Shown: positions 56,879 to 64,000 of the stretch, one piece after another | Position numbering within the stretch: the stretch's first letter is position 1 | Layout of the letters: each line of letters starts with the position of its first letter | DNA from: a virus | Length of the DNA: 64,000 nt | Strand: one strand, 5' to 3' | IMG/VR virus record: IMGVR_UViG_3300027816_000057 | Notes under the pieces: model-generated | The model's input: only the letters and a program-made list of their open reading frames with translations | The model's database searches: none | Told to the model about the DNA's origin: nothing | Program-made: the position numbers and the translations under genes

Positions 56879-57982
56879 ATGAATCCAGCAGAAATAGTTA
56901 ATCAGTTCGACTCGATTAAAATTCTTTTACAAGAATTAGATAAATTAGTAGCTGATGGCTATATTTATGAATCCAAAAAGGGTTCACTATCACTATTCAA
57001 TTATTCTGATAAATGCTGTTTTGAAAAACTCTGGAATCCGGTTACTCGTTTAGCACGCGGTCTTATTATTGATCGTGAAAGCGAGCAAATTATATGCTGG
57101 CCTATTCCTAAGTTTTTTAACTATCTTGAAAATATTAATGACAAAATTCCCGATCTCTCATTTGAAATACAAGAAAAAATAGACGGTTCTTGTATATTTT
57201 TATGGATGTATCAAGGTGAATGGTTTTGTTCTACGCGGGGTTCTTTTAATAGCGACCAAGCGGCTTGGGCACAAGACTATATTAATTCTATTTTACATAA
57301 TCTTAATTTATACGCCGACACAACTTATATATTTGAGGTTGTTTATCCCGGTAATAAAATAGTAGTAAATTATAATGGCTACGCCGGATTGTATTCTTTG
57401 ACAGGCTATCAAAATGGAATTGAGGTTGATAAACTATTTTTAGACGATACTTTTCAATATGCTAATTCTCAGAATTCTGATACTATTCGTTTTCCTAAGA
57501 TGTATTCTTACGAAAATATAGAATCTTTAGTTGAAATATGTAAGACTCTTCCGAAAGACGAAGAAGGTTTTGTCGTTCGCTGGAATAATGGTTTTCGTTT
57601 AAAATTCAAAGGTGCGGAATATTTACGAGTTCATAAACTCATTAGTCAAGTTACTCCACTTGGCATTTGGGATATTCTGTGTAATAATGATAATGTTGAT
57701 AATGTAAAACAACAATTACCTGAAGAATTCTGGAATGATTTTGATAGCATAGCCGAAAAACTTAAATTTAAATTTCAACATATAAAATCTCATAATATTC
57801 TTTGGGTTTTAGCTGAAGAAAAAATGAATAATTTAGATAGAAAGACATTTGCGAAGCAGGCTATAGAATCATCTAAAAATGATCCTATTTTAAATACCGC
57901 TTTGTTATTTAAAATATATGACGGAAAAGATATAGATGATATGATTTGGAAAATGATTCGGCCAACGGGTAATGTATTATGA
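56879..57982 (+). CDS. T4 Rnl1-like RNA ligase
   Basis: ARGLI, KFFN, EKIDGS, STRGSF, EGFVV and KFK..EY. Confidence 0.88.
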   Translation: MNPAEIVNQFDSIKILLQELDKLVADGYIYESKKGSLSLFNYSDKCCFEKLWNPVTRLARGLIIDRESEQIICWPIPKFFNYLENINDKIPDLSFEIQEKIDGSCIFLWMYQGEWFCSTRGSFNSDQAAWAQDYINSILHNLNLYADTTYIFEVVYPGNKIVVNYNGYAGLYSLTGYQNGIEVDKLFLDDTFQYANSQNSDTIRFPKMYSYENIESLVEICKTLPKDEEGFVVRWNNGFRLKFKGAEYLRVHKLISQVTPLGIWDILCNNDNVDNVKQQLPEEFWNDFDSIAEKLKFKFQHIKSHNILWVLAEEKMNNLDRKTFAKQAIESSKNDPILNTALLFKIYDGKDIDDMIWKMIRPTGNVL

Positions 57983-58437
57983 ATATTCTAATATCACTTT
58001 TTTGTATTGTCTTTATTGTTTTTATAGTGTCGCTATTAATTATAGACGCCATTATGTGTAATATATGTCCTGATTGCAGCAAAAAAGAATGGAAGTACAT
58101 GACTGAGAAATGGAACGATCTTCCGTTTCCAGATAAAGAAATTCGAGAGTGTGTAAACTGCGGTTGTCGTCAGTGGTATAATGACGGTTACGGTAATTGT
58201 GATGGAGCTTGGTCGTCTTATGAGAATAACAATAATTAGCTGTACAAGCAAATATAAAAGTAGTAGACAAAATCACGACGTTGTTTATTATGCCGTTGTG
58301 ACTGAAGTAGAAACGGGTTGTCCTTTTTTATTGGGTGAAAATATATATAGAACAATTACCGGTTTATCAGTTGTTCCACAAAAATATTCCACAGAAGCGG
58401 TAGTCCATCCAGATAGTTATGATTTTTGGGAGAGAAT

Positions 58438-58806
58438 ATGAATAATGAAATCTTTGTTTTTGGTTCCAATCTGGCTGGCAGGCACGGCAAAGGATCGGCC
58501 CTAGAAGCCCGTTTAAACCACGGAGCCAAATACGGATGCGGGGTTGGTCGCCAAGGTCAATCCTACGCCATACCCACCAAAGACAAAAATCTAGTGGTTC
58601 TAGATTTAAACGTAATTGAAAAATATGTGGATGAATTTGTGTCTTACGCGATACTGAATCCCGATTTAGTTTTTAATGTAGTTAAAGTCGGATGCGGATT
58701 AGCTGGCTACAAAGATGAAGAAATGGCACCATTATTTAAAAATGTGCCAAACAATGTAAAATTACATCCCGATTGGGATAGAATATTAGGAAGAAATTAT
58801 GAATAA
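58438..58806 (+). CDS. conserved phage protein, macrodomain-like (IFVFGSN family)
   Basis: IFVFGSNLAGRHGKG, SYAIPTK and VGCGLAG. Confidence 0.75.
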   Translation: MNNEIFVFGSNLAGRHGKGSALEARLNHGAKYGCGVGRQGQSYAIPTKDKNLVVLDLNVIEKYVDEFVSYAILNPDLVFNVVKVGCGLAGYKDEEMAPLFKNVPNNVKLHPDWDRILGRNYE

Positions 58807-59356
58807 CTGTATTTGCTATTTTACTAATACCGCGTTTCCGAAATCCGATTATCATAATATTGCAGTTGCTGAATTAGTTTTATCTGCTGATGGAAGCACT
58901 GTAATTAAAAATAGATTTGGACCGACAGGAAGAATAGTTGCTAATGATGAAAAATCTGAAAAGGCCGAACTTCAAAGATTGATTACAAAATATTTAATCG
59001 AGAATTAAAAATGACCGAACAAGAAGAAATAAGTTATATTGATAAGCATAAAAGCATCAACTATTTAGTTATTGATTTTGGCGTAATTTCTTTACAGGAC
59101 TTTATTGATAAAGTGCTTGATTTAGGCACGGAACAAGACTTATCTAAGATTATGATTCGTTTTGATGCTGGTTATGAAACGGTTACTCTTGATACGATAA
59201 AAGAAAAAAGTCAAAAAGAACTAGATCAAGAGATAGAAGCTATCAAACTAAAATACCGAAAAGAAGAAGAAAAAAAAGAAAACGCGAAAAAAGCAAGACA
59301 AAAAATTAAACAATTAGAAGAAGAAATTTGGCAACTAAAAATGAAACTATAAATTT

Positions 59357-59977
59357 ATGATATCATCTAAATATAACGAATATACTTTTTTAACTAGCGA
59401 TAATCATTTTCAACATGAAAATATAATTAAATATTCCAATAGACCATTTTCTTCTGTTAAAGAAATGAATGAATGTATGGTTGAAAATTGGAATAACTCG
59501 GTGACTTCTGATGAATATATTGTATATGATTTAGGCGATGTCTGCCTAGGTTACAAAGAAACAATGAGAGATATTGTTTCTAGACTTAACGGAAGAATCC
59601 GTCTTCTAAAAGGCAATCATGAAGGCGTTTTAAATGTTGCAAAAGACAGATTTGAATGGGTAAAAGATTACCATGAAGAAAGTTTTGAAATCAACGGGAA
59701 TTCTCAAAAAATTGTAATGTGTCATTATCCAATCGAGGACTGGAATTGTAAAAATAAAAAATCTTGGATGATACACGGTCATTCCCACGGAATTTTACCT
59801 AATAAAATCCCATTTCGATTTGATGTAGGCGTTGATAGCGTAGCTTCATATCTAACTCAAAAAGATAGAGATTCAGGATTGTGGAATAGTATTAAGAATA
59901 ATCCTAAACATTATAGACCGATTTCTCTAATAGAACTAGCTGAAATATTTGAGGACGATTATGCAAAATCAGGATAA
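59357..59977 (+). CDS. calcineurin-like phosphoesterase
   Basis: SDNHF, LGD, GNHE, HYP and HGHSH. Confidence 0.88.
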   Translation: MISSKYNEYTFLTSDNHFQHENIIKYSNRPFSSVKEMNECMVENWNNSVTSDEYIVYDLGDVCLGYKETMRDIVSRLNGRIRLLKGNHEGVLNVAKDRFEWVKDYHEESFEINGNSQKIVMCHYPIEDWNCKNKKSWMIHGHSHGILPNKIPFRFDVGVDSVASYLTQKDRDSGLWNSIKNNPKHYRPISLIELAEIFEDDYAKSG

Positions 59978-60515
59978 GCCTTATCTAATATTGATTGGCG
60001 GGCCAAGCGGGAGTGGCAAATCTACTCTTGCTAGAACTATTATAAATAGTTTTCATCCTCTACCATTCTATATGTTTGAGGCTGATGATTATTTTAACAA
60101 AAATAGTGAATATAATTTTAATCCTAAAGGATTGGGACAGGCCCACAAAGAATGCTGGAATAATGTTTTATATAATATAAAACACGGCTATAACACAATT
60201 GTTTCTAATACTTTTACTACTCACAAAGAAACCGAAAGATATTTAAATTTAAATAATTGTCAAGTTTACTACACCTTTCCTAATCGTATTAGGCATATGG
60301 ATATAGAAGATTTTTGTAAATCCTCAATTCATAAAGTCCCCAAAGAAACTATTAAAAAACAATACGATAGGTGGTTTGATTATGTGAATAATAATATGGA
60401 TTTAAGTCATTATCTAATTAGCGAAGAAGATTTGTTAGAAAAATTAGAAAAAGAGAGAGAAAAATATGTTGAGTCTAGAAATACTGTACTACATGGAGAA
60501 CCGAAGTCAAGATAA
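59961..60515 (+). CDS. P-loop polynucleotide kinase-like protein
   Basis: GPSGSGKSTLA, EADDYF, AH..C, VSNTF and H.VP. Confidence 0.8.
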   Translation: MQNQDKPYLILIGGPSGSGKSTLARTIINSFHPLPFYMFEADDYFNKNSEYNFNPKGLGQAHKECWNNVLYNIKHGYNTIVSNTFTTHKETERYLNLNNCQVYYTFPNRIRHMDIEDFCKSSIHKVPKETIKKQYDRWFDYVNNNMDLSHYLISEEDLLEKLEKEREKYVESRNTVLHGEPKSR

Positions 60516-60897
60516 GAATAAGACTATAGATGAAACAGTATATTTAGGAATTAACGATAAAAGAGAATATTATTATGGATATGAAACAAACAATCTTTAT
60601 AAGTCAGGTATTAAAGCTAGTGACGATCAACAGTACGGCCCCTATACTAAAAATGAAGTTTTAGAGATCGCTAAGAAACGCGATAATTTAACCAATGATT
60701 CTACAAAACAATGGTATTTATTGTGGTGTGCTTTGTATGATGAAGTAATTCAAAATATTAAATAATGGATGAATTTAGAAAACATTTTTTTGAAAGATTT
60801 GTAAGATCAGGATGTCCCTGTTGCCAAGGGCCGGGTACTCAAAAATCATTCAAAAAGAAAACACGAAAGATTACTCGTAAAAGATTAAAAAATAAAG

Positions 60898-61401
60898 ATG
60901 AGAAACAAAGCCAATCAATATGATCCTAGAGGATATGTAAAAAATAAACCAATCATCTATCTAGATTTAGATGGTGTTTTGACTGATTTTCAAGGACATT
61001 TAAATAACTATAATAAATCTTCCGGTTTAAAAATTACCGCCTATGAAATAGGAACGGTTGATTACAACTGGTGGGCGACTATGCCTTGGACAAAATGGGG
61101 TAAAGATTTATATGATTACTGCAATAACCTTTGCTATACTTGTATTTTATCTTCTGCTGGTGGACACCCGGAAGCTGCTAAAGGTAAAACTATTTGGTTA
61201 GAAAAAGAAGGTATAAAAGATTACATTCTTTCTGGTTCTAAATGGGCAGTAGCTAATAATAAGACTTTGTTAATAGACGACACTCCTAAGAAAGTAGATA
61301 AATTTATCTTAGCCGGTGGTGTAGGTCTTTTATTTTCTGAAGAAAAATTAGAAGGTATTTATAAAGCTGTAAAAGAATGGGCAGATTATCATAGTGTATA
61401 A
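60898..61401 (+). CDS. HAD 5'(3')-deoxyribonucleotidase-like protein
   Basis: DLDGVLTDF, GK..WL and LIDD. Confidence 0.85.
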   Translation: MRNKANQYDPRGYVKNKPIIYLDLDGVLTDFQGHLNNYNKSSGLKITAYEIGTVDYNWWATMPWTKWGKDLYDYCNNLCYTCILSSAGGHPEAAKGKTIWLEKEGIKDYILSGSKWAVANNKTLLIDDTPKKVDKFILAGGVGLLFSEEKLEGIYKAVKEWADYHSV

Positions 61402-61410
61402 TATTAAACT

Positions 61411-62289
61411 ATGCCTAAAATCATATTTGATAATCTTAGCTACAGAGAAGGTAAAACGCCAGCAGAACAATTAGGATTTATTCCTCTTAATTTTTGTAAT
61501 AGAGGATTTTACGGATTAGTTAACGGTCAAATATCTTACGATTTTCCTCCTAATCCAAATGATACAGTAAATACAATTCAATCTATTAGACAAGATCAAG
61601 ATTTGTATTTTGATTTAGAGCCTTGGTTTTGTTTGCCCGATCACGCATCTAGTGTAGACAAGATTAAGAAAAAAGTCTATGCTTTAGATTTATTGTTTAA
61701 TTTTAAACAAACTTATCCTAATTTTAATAAATATTTAGGATGTTTTGGGATACCCGATGGTAATATACATCCTCAAAATCCTTCAGAGGCTATTGAAATT
61801 TGGAAAAATAAAAACCGTAAATTAATGAGCGGCGAAGTTTGGAATTTGATTTATTCTAAATTAAGCTGTATGTTTCCTTGTTGTTACCCATATGATTATG
61901 GAAATGGAAACAGTGTTGAAACCAACAGACTTCAATTTATATATAATCAATTACAGCTAGATATTATAAAAGAACATAACACGAGAAATCTTCCTGTCTT
62001 TGCTTTTTGGCAACCTAGACTTAAAAAAGCAGACGGATCAAGACCTTTTATGAACTACGCTGATACTGTTACTCAATTAAATTGGCTATTATCTCGTTGC
62101 GACGGTGTAGTATTATGGGATTGGGACGGTCAAATAGACCCGCAAACCGGAGATATTGCCGTTTGGGATGATGATGCTCCTTGGTTAAAAGCCGCACAAG
62201 ATGTTTTAAAAAGTTTCAATAGACCGGCTCAATATGCGACTATAAATAAAAACAATGTTACACCTTTTAGAAGCCGTTTTTCAGGTTAA
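61411..62289 (+). CDS. glycoside-hydrolase-like TIM-barrel protein
   Basis: YFDLEPW, P..Y and DGVVLW; related to 39889-41460; GTGTATAAT promoter. Confidence 0.5.
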   Translation: MPKIIFDNLSYREGKTPAEQLGFIPLNFCNRGFYGLVNGQISYDFPPNPNDTVNTIQSIRQDQDLYFDLEPWFCLPDHASSVDKIKKKVYALDLLFNFKQTYPNFNKYLGCFGIPDGNIHPQNPSEAIEIWKNKNRKLMSGEVWNLIYSKLSCMFPCCYPYDYGNGNSVETNRLQFIYNQLQLDIIKEHNTRNLPVFAFWQPRLKKADGSRPFMNYADTVTQLNWLLSRCDGVVLWDWDGQIDPQTGDIAVWDDDAPWLKAAQDVLKSFNRPAQYATINKNNVTPFRSRFSG

Positions 62290-62318
62290 AAAAAATTCGC
62301 ATCTGATATAATATATAC

Positions 62319-63167
62319 ATGGATTATCCTAAATTTTGTGATCATCCCGATTTTCTAGCATTAACGGGGTCAAGATTATACGGTTATCATACCGAAAAAT
62401 CGGATTATGATTATCGCGGTTTTGTTGTGCCTCCCTCTAAATATCTTCTTGGTATAGAGAATTTTTTATTCCACCAAAAGAAAGATACTGACACTATAGT
62501 TTTTTCACTAAAGCATTTTATAGATATAACTCTAAAAGGAAATACTCAAACTTTTGAGATTCTTTTTTCTAATGATATACAACATAGTCAGACCGGATAT
62601 GAATTACTTTCTTTGCGTAAAAATTTCTTTAGTCAAAAGATAATACGTTCTACTTTAGGTTTTGCTTTAAGCGAGTGGAGGAAAACTCTTTCTCAGGCTT
62701 TAGTATTTGAATATCGTGATTCAAAACAAGAAGAAATACTAACTCAATTAGCCGGAACCTTTCAACTTAAAAGAGATGAAATAAAAGAAATATACGATAT
62801 AATATTTAGAGAACGAATAGACGACGATCCGCGTCGATATGTTCCTAATGATAAAATAGGCGAAAAAGCTAAACTAGATATACAGCAGTATGGATATCAA
62901 TTAAAACCTGCCTGTAATACAATACGTTTACTTTGCCAAGCAATAGAATTTGTTGAAACCGGCAAAATAACATATCCCCGTCCGGAATTATCGGTACTTA
63001 AAGATATACGATCCGGTTTACTGTCTTATGCAAATGTAAATGATTTATTTAATGAATATTATAATAAATTATCTAAAATTGATTTGTCTAGTTTACCGGT
63101 AAAACCAAATCATAATGGTGTTATGGAATGGTATCGGGACGTAGCCGAAAAGGAGATTAAAAATTGA
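62319..63167 (+). CDS. Pol-beta superfamily nucleotidyltransferase (RlaP/YcgL-like)
   Basis: GSRLYG..SDYDYRG; leaderless. Confidence 0.8.
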   Translation: MDYPKFCDHPDFLALTGSRLYGYHTEKSDYDYRGFVVPPSKYLLGIENFLFHQKKDTDTIVFSLKHFIDITLKGNTQTFEILFSNDIQHSQTGYELLSLRKNFFSQKIIRSTLGFALSEWRKTLSQALVFEYRDSKQEEILTQLAGTFQLKRDEIKEIYDIIFRERIDDDPRRYVPNDKIGEKAKLDIQQYGYQLKPACNTIRLLCQAIEFVETGKITYPRPELSVLKDIRSGLLSYANVNDLFNEYYNKLSKIDLSSLPVKPNHNGVMEWYRDVAEKEIKN

Positions 63168-63598
63168 TCGCATTTATTATTTTTATTATTGCTTTGATTT
63201 TTATAGTTAAAATTCTTTTAGAATTTAATTATAGTATGGAGGGGGTCATACTGTCTTTCGCAACTGCAGTTATAGCTACTATAGTGATATTGCTTGTTTT
63301 CGCTTCTTCACTAATACCTGCTGGCGATTTAGTGTATGAAAAAATTGATGTTAATCGTTCTATTTTTATTGATTCAGGACAAATTCTTTATTATAAAGAA
63401 AATAATATGCGTCAGCAGTCGGTCAATATAAGATATTTAACCTTTAATACTAAAGGTGAAAATTTAGTAGTTTTTTATTCAAAAGAGGAAACGATTCCTT
63501 TTTGGTTTCCAAATATAAAATCATATGATGCAAAAATACTAAAAGAAATTAGATTAGGTACAAGTGTAAAATTAGAAAGTATAAACAAGGAAGAATAA
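63164..63598 (+). CDS. membrane protein
   Basis: Two N-terminal transmembrane segments. Confidence 0.65.
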   Translation: MIAFIIFIIALIFIVKILLEFNYSMEGVILSFATAVIATIVILLVFASSLIPAGDLVYEKIDVNRSIFIDSGQILYYKENNMRQQSVNIRYLTFNTKGENLVVFYSKEETIPFWFPNIKSYDAKILKEIRLGTSVKLESINKEE

Positions 63599-64000
63599 TG
63601 CATTATCACGGCGGAAAAGCGGTATTATCAAAATATTTAGCACCTTTTATTAATGATCGACTTAATAGATTACAATCGGGCTATAAATGTTATATAGAAT
63701 CTTTTCTTGGTGGATGTAATTTTGTAGACAAAATTCAATTTGACTTTGCTGTATTAAATGATATCAATCTATCATTAATAAATATGTACCGAGCTTTGCA
63801 AAAAGATTGGATTCCTCCAACAGATTTATCAGAGGATCAGTATTATTTCTTACGCGATCAAAAAGATCCTGAAAGACCCGAAACAGCATTTGCCTCTTTT
63901 GGATGTTCTTTTGGTGGTAAAGAATGGGGAGGCTATGCTCGCGGCGTAGACAATAAAGGCAAGGCTAGAAATTACGCCATGCACGCTCATAAAAAGCTTA
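63598..64000 (+). CDS. Dam/D12-class DNA adenine methyltransferase (truncated by window end)
   Basis: MHYHGGK, YIESFLGG and LNDIN. Confidence 0.85.
   Translation, partial: MHYHGGKAVLSKYLAPFINDRLNRLQSGYKCYIESFLGGCNFVDKIQFDFAVLNDINLSLINMYRALQKDWIPPTDLSEDQYYFLRDQKDPERPETAFASFGCSFGGKEWGGYARGVDNKGKARNYAMHAHKKL

Noticed and set aside
1-64000. Stop-codon reassignment
   Set aside because: Known enzymes are full length in code 11, TAG and TGA end genes normally, and there is no suppressor tRNA; the 21773 break is a frameshift.

Overview
This window looks like part of an AT-rich, large (probably jumbo) tailed-phage genome. Genes are dense and almost all on the + strand. Bases 1-3030 carry small AT-rich genes. 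At about 3130 the GC content jumps; this GC-rich block (to about 5150) holds Shine-Dalgarno (SD)-led genes, including a sigma-70-family factor, and may be the pre-early or first-injected end. Bases 5.2-17 kb are a mosaic of one- or two-gene cassettes, each with its own TTAAA-N15/16-GATATAAT promoter and often a terminator, mixed with several ORF-less structured RNA units. Bases 17-64 kb hold small hypothetical genes, dispersed tRNAs and accessory enzymes: a (p)ppGpp HD hydrolase, MazG-like protein, two RNA ligases, TrmH, RuvB-like ATPase, ThyX, dUTPase, dCMP deaminase, NAMPT, a NadD-like transferase, a kinase, phosphoesterases and a Dam-type methylase. The strongest unexplained signal is a leaderless-expression architecture. 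About 39 genes have their start codon only 4-6 nt after the -10 box. Six CCA-less tRNAs and one tRNA mimic are followed exactly by discriminator-TT-ATG of the next gene, resembling mitochondrial tRNA punctuation. An early RMF-like microprotein could bias ribosomes against SD-led mRNA, but that is inference. Several tRNAs are structurally non-canonical. A PEP-CTERM-like tail and a DUF5658-like gene hint weakly at a Planctomycetota host. All protein assignments come from motif recognition by eye; no database searches were run.
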